Below are positions 21,001 to 30,250 of a DNA stretch of 64,000 bases, piece after piece (positions within the stretch are counted from its first letter, which is position 1; every line of letters begins with the position of its first letter). Source of the DNA: Epithemia pelagica (taxonomy: Eukaryota; Protista; Bacillariophyta); NCBI GenBank assembly GCA_946965045.2, contig OX337237.1, forward strand, positions 3,224,001-3,288,000. Reading direction: 5' to 3'. A program made the position numbers and the translations under genes. Below the pieces are notes generated by a model. That model worked only from the letters and a program-made list of their open reading frames with translations, made no database searches and was not told the origin of the DNA.

Positions 21001-23796
21001 CTCTAACAAAGCGTTGGCGACACGACTCAACCAAGAGCAACATCGGCGAAGGAGTTGAACCACACGGCGACGAGAGACCACGACGAAAAGACAATCGGCA
21101 ATCAACTGGCGTATCGGATTGACCAGGTGCGACAACATCGGCGGGGGAGTGTTGTCCAGGTGGGCTTGGTGACAGCGAAGACGGAGGGGGTAGGCACGGG
21201 ATCGGCGATGATGTGTGGCGCCACCGGGGGCAACGGAGGTGACTTGGGAACCACGTCGAGATGGCGACGGTGGCGGAGCGGCATCGGCAAAGGCACGAAT
21301 CTGACGACCAAGAGGAGACGTGAAGTCTTGAATATGAACAAACTCCAACTTGTGGCACAAAGCAAGGACAATGCCAGTGCATCCGATCCAAAGACAAAGA
21401 CCAGGAAAGATGGTAATGAAGGTCCACAAGGTAGCGCTTGGAAGGGTGAAGATCCAAAGGACAAACCAAAGAATGAGAAACACAACAAGAGTATCCAAAA
21501 TCGTGACAGACGACGGACGAGAACATGTCGAGTTGACACGACCACTGTGGAGTGAAGAGTGGCCACGGGTTGTGCGACTGGAAAAATTCGGAGAAGCCGA
21601 AGAAGGCAGACGGTTCGAAATCTTTGGTGTGCAACGTGCTGGTGACGGAGGACGAAAGATCTTGGGACTGTCAACAGGAGAACAAGTGTCACAGCAAAGA
21701 GTGTCAAAACGAGGTGTCGAATGGCGCGACGCTGGAGTCCTGTGGTGAGACGGAGACGGATGGTTCTTTCTTTTGGAACTAACAAACGGGTTCTTGGAGG
21801 GCGGCGACTTGGTGGAACGTGGAGATTTGTGCTTTGGAGACTTGTTTTTCTTGGTTTTCTTGGTGGAGCGATGAACGAATGGACTAGGAGGCATGACACG
21901 ACGAGGACGTTTCTTGTGAGTGGAGGTGGATACGGCTTGAGGGCTGGGAGTGACTGCGAAGGCAAGGTTGTGGGCTTCGGGAAGAGAGTGAAGAAATTCT
22001 TCAGGCGGGTAGATCAAGTCTTCTGGAGGAGTGTCGTCGGAGTCGTTGAGGACTGTAACGACGCAAACCGGTGGATCCTTGAGGGCAGGAGGCTTGGAAT
22101 CCATCGCGTCGTCTTCCAGAGCAGACGGTTTGGTTTCCTTGTTGTCAACAGAAAGGGTCAAAAGGGCGAACGAGTTGCTGACAGGGACAGGGGAGCAAGC
22201 AGTCGTCGGTTTCTTGGTGGAGCCATTGACGACTGGAGTCCAATCCTCCAAATTCAAGCTTCGGACATTACAATCAACCATCCAGGCAGACGGGTCCAAG
22301 GGGAGCGGTCGTGCCTGGGAGACGGACCCAGTGTTGGCTTGGTGGGTTTCGTTGGTGGAACCACGGTGTTGGGACGTGGAATGCGTCGTGTTCCAGCATG
22401 GTGGAGTGCATTTGGCACACCAGTGGAAGGTGCGACCATTGTACTCCTTGGTTTCAGGAGTGCCTGGCGGAGGAGGGACGGTACGCCACGGGGCCAATTC
22501 GCGTGTGCGGGAGGAGCGATTGGGGAATCCTCTCCCTCCACCACCACGACCAGAGCGTCCTTGGTGGTGTCCACGAGAATCGCGACGTCCGCAACCACCA
22601 CGACCACCACGACCACTACGACCACCGCGACCACCACCACGAGAGGGACGAGAACCGGAGTGACGGCCAGAAGCAGAGTCTTGCTTGTGGGGGCAGTCGG
22701 CTGCCCAATGGTCGGGGGCACCGCAGATGTAACAACCGCCAGACTTCTTGGACTTGGTGGACAACGAGGAGAAATGTTGAACAAGAGCGTTCAACTCAGT
22801 CGTAGAGTAGTAGCCGGCGGGGGGAAGTTTGGAGTCCTTGTTGTTACGAGCAGGTGGCCAATCGCCATCGCCCAAAGCCTCACGATACTTGTCTTCAGCG
22901 AGTTGGCAGATCTGGCGAAAGCCAAGGCCAAGGTTGTTCAGGTAATCATTCGCAGCCGTCTTGTCGGTCATGAAGCGTTCTTGTTTCAAGGCCTTGTTCA
23001 GTTCGGATTGAACCTTCATCAACTCAAAGCGATACTCATTATTCCCATCGGCCATGAGGAATTGCTTGAGAATCGTGGCATTCAACTGGTGGTTGAAGAG
23101 GCCGGCGGTGTGCAACGTAGTGGCGCGGCTGGAAATGGCGAGAGCCATTTCAGCAATGTTCTGACCGGCATATTGCTTCGGGTGTTGGGACTTGATCTCG
23201 GCTTCTATACGAGCGAATTTTCCCATGGAGTCACTCTGGATGATCTGAATGAGCATCATCCAGAGGAGGGGAAAGTTCGGTTCATCGGGCATGCGTTCTT
23301 CCATTTCGAGACGAAGCTTCGGAGTCAAGCTATCCAACAATGTGAGACGAGCGCCGCGATCGTTGGACTTGTCGTACTGATCGTAGTCCTTGAGTTGAGG
23401 TTCGATCGAAGTCTTGACGGCGTCCACAGTGAACCTGGTGTGGTGGGTCAGGGCGCAAACCATGCTACCGTCGGACGGGTCGGGTAGGTACGTGATGGAA
23501 TCCATCCCATGAGTCTGAAAATGATCCAACAAATTCCTTGAAAAGAGCTGGAGGTTGTCGGTCTTGTCAAACTTGGTGTCAAATCCCGTGCACCGAGTAG
23601 TAAAACCCTTGTCATCGTAAGAGGGTCGCTGTTGGGATGGTTGCTGGTATCCATCAGGGGTGACAAGGCCATCTTCCCATTTGTCCTTGGGTTTGCCACC
23701 GGTCCAAGCAGAGAAGAGATCATGCTTGACTTGGATTAGGCCACCCATTTTCGGAGGGGTAGGTTTGAACGGGGTGTAGTCTCGGGATTCCGTCAT
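18058..23796 (-). pseudogene. gag-pol: Copia gag-pol polyprotein with an RT deletion and one premature stop
   Basis: Motifs include the zinc knuckle CYICGAPDHWAADC, protease IVWDSGAS, WHIRLGH, integrase (AVDHF, SDNGSAF, NGVAERAI) and RNase H (YVDADFAG, EYVALS, EDN, ADYLTK). The RT N-terminal half including YVDD is missing. An in-frame TAA at 18886-18888 (TMT*PGLI) links ORFs 18886..23796 and 18058..18849. Confidence 0.93.
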
Positions 23797-24184
23797 GGTT
23801 GGAGGCTCGGTTGGATGCTCAGTTGGGTCAGTGGGGTCTCGGTTGGAGTCTTGAGGGCCAGAGGGTGGAGCACCAGTTGGAGGCAGAGTGGTATCGACAG
23901 TTGGACGAGTTGGACGGGGGTTTCGGTCAGTTGGACGGTTTAGATCGGTTGGACTTGGATTGGAGGAGTCGGTGGGATCTTGGTTAGCGCTTGTGTCGGT
24001 CGGACCTTGGTTTGGAGCTGGACGATCGGTTGGACCTTGGTTGGGGTCAGTAGGATCTTGTTGTTCTCCCCACAGATCGAGAAAGCTAAACGAGCTTCCA
24101 GTGCTTGTGGGTGAGATGTCTTCGATGGTGGAAACGTTTCACTCGAGGATGCAGAGTTGCGTCGGCTTGGCTAGGCACTATCTT

Positions 24185-24196
24185 GGGCTCAGAACC
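24185..24196 (-). promoter_or_regulatory. Primer-binding site of element 1 (half-tRNA-iMet type)
   Basis: Element-sense GGTTCTGAGCCC abuts the LTR and matches GGTTATGAGCCC, the complement of the initiator-tRNA anticodon arm GGGCUCAUAACC, with one mismatch. Confidence 0.8.
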
Positions 24197-24595
24197 AGCG
24201 AAAGAAAACTTAGATACCAGTAACACTTACTGTAGACTAGCTTGAGCTCTTGAGGTGATCAAGCTCGTGAGGTCAAGCCAGTAGGACGATGATAATACGA
24301 TGGTAATGCAATTTGGACAATTTCTAAGATTGTGAGCATTAGACTAAAGTTATTTCGAACGACGACTCTTGTGATTTTTCAAACTAGAACGCATCCACAT
24401 GTATAGTCCATGTAGCACATGAGATGCACATAGATTAACCGACCAAAGAAAATTGCTAACACATAATGTGTGATTGCTAACACATAATGTGTGATCGACT
24501 GAGGTGCGATACACATTGTGTGTTGCACATAATGTGTCACACATACGGTGGTGCGTTATAGCCGTTGACCGTTGTGCACATAGATTTCCATAACT
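24197..24595 (-). repeat. 5' LTR of element 1
   Basis: Direct repeat of 17641-18039, immediately followed in element sense by the PBS. Confidence 0.97.
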
Positions 24596-26575
24596 CACTG
24601 TGAAGAAAGGTGGTATCAATCATGATGATGGTGCCAGCCAAAGCAAGAGCAAAGATACGAAAAATTACACTGACAGAATTCGTTTGCTTGAATCGCCGTG
24701 AGTGTGCACTTGCAACTCCCCAAGAAGAAAAATTATGATCCAAAGATGATTGATCGTAGAGATACTTTTGGCAGACAGTGGAGCGATGGTTGGGTTCTAC
24801 CTTTGCTTCTTCGGTCTTCTTTGATGTTTGAGACGAGACTGGTTGGGGCGAGAAAGCAAAGGCGAATGATTCGCATTTTTTATCCAACCCCGTGCCCTGG
24901 CGAAATGCGAAACTCTAAAAAATGAGCATGGTAATGCGAAGCTCCCACCTGTTTGGACTTATCGTCCTTCGCATATTCCACGTAAATAGGTCAATTGGCC
25001 ATTGGACCTTTCGGGGCTATTGAGAAGAACCGATACTCTATCACAGAATGGTCAATGCTAGCTCGACCATAAAGTAACAGAAAGGAGTACCTTGTGTATT
25101 GTAGGGTGTCATGTGTCATCCGTTCATCGTGCTTCTTTCTTCGCCCTTTCATTTTCATCACTCATATCTCTCATCGACAAAGGGTGAAACGTGAAACATG
25201 AAACAGAAAACAGATCGAGTTTGTCAAGATGTCCTGATATTTGATTGTACTTCAAACATTGAACTTACGAGATATGCCCCTCCAGCAAAGAAGCACCGTC
25301 ATGACGTATGATGTAATGTCAAATAATGTCCATATCCAAAATCCAAAATCCAAAGATCACCTGTTGGCTGTTGGCCAGTCCTAGAAACTACCTACCTAGA
25401 GTCTACTCTCTACTAGATCGATATCTTGCATCTTGCATCTTGTATCGTTGTTGTAGTCATATATCTTGTATAATCTGTCGCTTCGCATCTCGCATCAGGG
25501 ACTGCGATACAATTGACAAGAGAAGACGATGGACGGAAACTCTATCTGTTGGCATCATGCTCGCTGCTGCGGTCCCCCTAGTAATCCTTGACGAGAACAA
25601 GACGGGGTATATCATCAGGCCACAACATAGCGTCCGTATATCTATTGGACGGACTTAGACGTATTATTTATTTCTTGGTCAGACCATCTGTAAGTTTGAG
25701 ACGCCAGAAATAAAGGGGCCGCGTATGGGTTTTGGGTTTTGGGTTTTGGCTATGATATACGAGATACGAGCTCGTATACGAGTGAAGTCTCAAGTCTCAA
25801 AGCTCGAAGCCTCACATTATTATTATTTCCTCGAACTTACGCCGGTCCCTGGAACACTGACGAAGGGAAAGACCCCAATACCAAACGAAAATGAGAATGC
25901 ATGGGAATGCGAACACAGAATTGGACTACAACCAGGGACAAAAAATAATTAATTCTGCAAGTCAAACGCTGAAACCACAAAACACACGACACAGATGAGA
26001 AAAATGAGAAGCACACCCAAGGCGCAATTTCCCCCTTCGAGTCCCTGCACCATAAGATTGCACACTCTCCTTATTCTCTTCGCCATTGTGGTCATCTGGA
26101 CAGATCTAGAGGTAGAAGATCAATGAGAGTGCAAATGGGAACATCTGCTGCTTGTTTGTCCTTGCATTGGCTTCGATCCACTACCGTGGGTAGGACAGAA
26201 CTTTATGGGTGAGCGTGCAAAGACAGAATTTCATGGACACCAAGGATCCAACCTCCGTCGTGTATCAAGGAAGAACGGTTCCTCTCTAGACTCGATCTAG
26301 GTTCCCATTGGTGCGTCTTCTCGTTTAGCCTAGAGATTGAGCCAGAGATTATAATGTCTCGTAGAACAAACCAAACCAGAAGGTTAAAAGTAAGGAATTC
26401 CCATTTCTTCGGCACCCTTCGCTTATCTTGTTGCTGCAAGAAGACGCTATATCAATCCTTGCATGTCCCTATACATCTGAAGACAACAAAGACCAAAGCC
26501 AACACCCCAGCCTTATCGAAAAGGACAAGGCCAAGGAAAAGGGACATTTTCGGTGCTTCACGATCCTAGAGCTTG

Positions 26576-26945
26576 ATTTGTTTCTCTCCGCTTCTCATGT
26601 TGAAAAGAACGGCGATCAATCGACTGCCATGTCCGAAAAGAACGTCGATCAATCGACTGCCATGTCCGCAACCGGCCAATGCCTCCGTTGGGTTTTCCAT
26701 TGTTCTTGTAACATCCACTAAAGAAGTGTTATTGCCTTTGGGTCTACTAGTCCTAGCTAGTTGAGCATAAGTATGAGGTGCAGGACCTTGCAGGGTAGGT
26801 GATTGTCAGTTCCCATCATGGTGGTCCGAGTGGCCAAACTTCTCTTGATAGATCTATGGCCATGGTTGCTACCGGATCTACCCCTCAAAGTGCGACACGA
26901 GTTCGGGAAGTCCCGGGTCAGTTCCGAATGCGCGCGCCTCGCCCA
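26576..26945 (+). repeat. Diverged ~370-bp direct repeat, copy 1 (contains an internal 33-bp tandem duplication at ~26601-26667)
   Basis: Colinear similarity with 32884-33255 from ATTTGTTTCTCTC to CTCGCCCA, with indels. Confidence 0.88.
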
Positions 26946-27128
26946 GGGAGATGGGGTAATCCTGAGCAGGTCGCTACCTTACCAGTCAGATACTGACTGT
27001 GACCTATAGGAGTTACCGAACGCTTTTTCTGAATAAAGAACACTCTAGCGACAAAAGATGATATACTGACTGCTAGTACTATTAAAACCCACCTCCACCC
27101 GGTTCATAACCGCTACATATTTGTACTG

Positions 27129-28067
27129 CTAGTCATCTTCCACTTCGATCTGAAACACTTTCGCCTCACCATTTTCAATCTTCATCTGAACCAGATTCAC
27201 CACTGCTCCAAACACCTTGTGATGCCCATCCAGATCTCCTCTGTATTTCTCCTTTAAGATATTGTAATGTTTCAGTAAATTGTTGACAGTTTCATGTCTC
27301 GCCCTGGCATCTGCCATCATCTTGTCTTGATAGTCATTTCTTCCAGTAGGTGTGACAAAGTAGCATCCAGAATCGTTGTAACCACCATCAGCAATCACTT
27401 TCTCATTCGGTAGTAGCTCTTGAACAAGCCAGTCTCTGGCAATCCGTAGGTCTGGCCAAGCGCCACAAGGGAATGCACCATTCCACCACACTATCCAGCC
27501 AGTTTTCAGGCAGATTCCCACCTCATACCTCACACCTGCTCCCTTAAACTTGTGCGAGTACCATTTTGGATCAAAAGGTGACGGCTCCAAAATCCTGAAG
27601 TCAGTACCATCCAAGCTAATGAAACAGACCTGTCCAGGTACACAACAATCAAACCTATTGTCCCATACAATCTGTTATAAGAACAACAGCAATGGTCAGA
27701 TATGAGGAGGACGACTTCATGGCAAATTCATGTAGGGCCATGTACTTACATAATGAAGACCACTATACAACAAATATACAAACACTTTGACCCACTTCCT
27801 GAAGGTCTTCCTCGTTGTTTTGGCTATTGAGACCATAACATCCTCTGTAGCATAGACTTTCAGAAAAGCCAGTGTCCACAACAAATGACGAGGCAATGCA
27901 CCTTTGGGCAATGAACTGTCCAGTTCATCCCACACATGAACACAGAGCAAGGGAGACATTCCAAAGTAAGAGCGAAAAGCACGTGAGAAATCAAGTGAAT
28001 GTGAGTGTCTTGCTCTACCAAGCATTGGTAGAGCCAAGTTGATGAATGTTTGTTGTGTCACCAACAT
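27129..28067 (-). CDS. Harbinger/DDE_Tnp_4-type transposase, 2 exons (28067-27750, 27671-27129), 286 aa
   Basis: A 78-nt phase-0 intron (GTAAGT...TAACAG) joins the two ORFs in frame. Catalytic triad motifs are ISLDGTD, KVIADGGY and RARHETVN. Confidence 0.9.
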
Positions 28068-28407
28068 GGTGGGAGAAAATCGCTTTGGAAAATTTATGTT
28101 TGCTCAGTCTGTGTCGCGATGCAGACCACACCTTCACTCTGATCTCGGTCTGTCTCTGTGTAGTACTGTCAGTTCATTGGAACAGGTTTTTTGAAATTTC
28201 ATCACGTTCATTTGATTGGCTGGTCAGTTGAGCAGTGAGACTAAACTTAGTACTGTTCTACATATAGTGACTCATTCGAATTCGTGTCCGGTCATTGGAA
28301 CCGGCCTGGAACGGTGCAGAAATCGATTCAAAAATCGTTTTCATTCAAAAACTGGAATTTCTAAAGGGCCCTACCTCGCCAACATCCTATGCCTTTCTAC
28401 ATCTTAA

Positions 28408-28630
28408 GCAACCCACATATTGCCCTTATCTTGGGTAAACTGTGGGTCGCTTGATTATATCATTTGAACCACTAGAAAGTGTCCTGGGTCGGTTTTGAAA
28501 AAACGACCTGGCTCGAAAAAAACGACCCAGCTCGTTTTTTTAAAACCGACCCAGGACACCTTATAAGTGCCCAATTCATTTGGACGAACGACCCACGGTT
28601 GACCCAAGGCAAGGGCAATACGTGGGTCGC
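28408..28630. repeat. ~220-bp imperfect palindrome (fold-back) between the two transposon genes
   Basis: Outer arms GCAACCCACATATTGCCCTT...GTGGGTCG at both ends. The near-perfect inner arm GTGTCCTGGGTCGGTTTT(G)AAAAAACGA spans 28479-28559. Confidence 0.85.
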
Positions 28631-28795
28631 ACTACTTTCAGAATTGGAGCCAAATTGGGCATGGCCTCCTCGATTGAAAAATGGAGTCCATGATGAAAAC
28701 CGACCCAGTTTGGATTTTGGTTTTTAGGGTCATAATTAGTTTTCGTGCGAACAGACCAGTCTGGTTTTGCACTCCCTCGCGCTACCTATACTCCA

Positions 28796-29870
28796 ATGAC
28801 CAGGTCTGGCCGCAACACTTTGGGCGAGGGTGCCCTGCTTTCGTGGGATTCAAAGTCGAAAGATGCCGAATTCCTTGACAAAATCGTGTCAGAAGGCTTG
28901 ATCCTGGAGAGCGCCACACCCAAATCTGTGTGGTTGGAACGTGCTGTTTTCCAAAAGTACAAATTGGAATCATTCAGGTCGGCCCTCAACAAAGCCAAAA
29001 AAAAATATCAAGTCCACTTGAAGGATCAACATGAGAGAGAGACTGGTCATGAGTTGTTGGGTGGTGGTGAGACGGCCCCATCTATGGGTGGAAAGGTAAG
29101 GAACCCCAATGATGGAGATCTCAAACCAGCTCCTTCTTTGTTTGTGTCGTCCAAAGGACAAGGTAAGTGCCAGTGTACACTGTTTGTTTGATTGTTGAGT
29201 CACTGTCCTTACCTGTGGTGGTTTATTGTCTTTTATGACCAGGTGTTGCTGCCAAGGTCACTCCTGAATCTGTTGTCAGTGATGATGCTATGGTGGAGAA
29301 AAGGGCGGCAGGATCCATGCCATTACAGGAGACACTACAGGTACAACTACAACAAAAGAGGAAAAAGACAAATGAAGAAGACAGTGGTAATGACATGATG
29401 AGGAATTGGGAGCCTCCTCATGTCTTGACACAGTGGGTTGACGACAAGAAACAGCGCGTCATTTGGTGATTTTGGTGGTGTTGCCTACAGGTATTGCACA
29501 TGAAGACACAACAAATTGCTTGATTGAAGTTGATCCAAGCCAGCTACAGGTACATGTGAAGGTAATTTGGCCTGACAACGCAACTCATATCCAGTATCTA
29601 ACCCAACACATGCACAGAGAGTGGCATGTCGAGGAGAAAAACCTACGAATGAAACTTGCTTTGGAAGACGCCATGAATCAGATGCGAAAAAGAGAAACAG
29701 ACTTTGTCAGGTCAAAGTTTTCTCTGACTCTTCCTTTCATGGTCCAAAGCAGGTTCGACTACGAATTTATGTACAACACAACAAACGGATTCAGAGCGTT
29801 GTTGATTTCCCTACATGAGCCGGACGCCAAGTTTGAAGGCGGCATGAAACACAAGATGGTGCGTCTGTAA
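28796..29870 (+). pseudogene. Harbinger accessory (putative DNA-binding) protein with an intron at 29163-29242 and an apparent 1-nt frameshift near 29460
   Basis: ATG at 28796 and a GTAAGT...GACCAG intron in matching phase. The spliced frame stops at 29467-29469 while a coding-like ORF continues in another frame (29463..29870). The gene lies within the TIRs. Confidence 0.65.
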
Positions 29871-30250
29871 ATAAATGTAGTATGATTTGGGGCGGTTGCA
29901 AAAACCGGGTGGTGGTGGGCCTAAATCTTTCTATTAGTTCTCTATTTGTCCATGTTCATAGTTTATGCTATTGTACATCGATTAAGCGTTCTGGTCGTGT
30001 TCCGCTTTGTAGTCAGACTTTGCCTGGCATGACAGCGAGCTGCTCAGGATTACCCCAGCTCCCAGTGAGCATGAGCACCAAAATCGCGCTTTTGCGCGTC
30101 GATAGAATGGACCCTCAGGCGGTCACACAGGTTTGATCCTTTCATCAAAGGACGAGCGAGTTGTCAGTGTCAGTACATCATTACCATATCGGAGATCCTG
30201 CACTTGATTGTCACCTTTGCGCTGGTGTGCATATTGAGCGAAGCAAAACA

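Larger units (their letters stand above)
17641..24595 (-). mobile_element. Ty1/copia (CoDi-like) LTR retrotransposon, element 1, defective
   Basis: 399-bp LTRs and a 5-bp TSD CACTG (17636-17640 and 24596-24600). PBS and PPT are in the expected positions. Domain order is gag-PR-IN-RT-RH. Confidence 0.97.
16821..24623 (-). pseudogene. VxF-WY-GLE family gene (280 aa reconstructed) interrupted at codon 9-10 by copia element 1
   Basis: Joining 24623-24596 to 17635-16821 (element and one TSD removed) gives an open frame of 843 nt: MIDTTFLHSDDHSISSTVEV...RRKQVTFDKSANLWY...FWYTSDEYKAFK...VGMEK...AAMLAQAQHD*. Confidence 0.88.
27086..29921. mobile_element. PIF/Harbinger (ISL2EU-like) DNA transposon with two divergent genes
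   Basis: Left TIR AACCCACCTCCACCCGGTT...AACCGC matches the reverse complement of the right TIR, GGCCCACCACCACCCGGTT...AACCGC. TAA flanks both ends (27083-27085, 29922-29924). A DDE_Tnp_4-like transposase lies inside. Confidence 0.85.

Noticed and set aside
21721-23487. 588-aa plus-strand ORF (and 21055..21555) antisense to gag
   Set aside because: No ATG start, G/V/R-rich composition expected from the reverse frame of a coding strand, and no recognisable motif. Treated as a shadow ORF.
17639-24597. Canonical TG...CA boundaries for element 1
   Set aside because: These leave no TSD (GTCAC vs CTGTG), and the internal LTR ends lack TG/CA. The dinucleotides come from the CACTG target duplication.
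25727-25747. Interstitial telomere (GGGTTTT)3
   Set aside because: Only three units, and it does not match the TTAGGG-type repeat I expect for diatoms.
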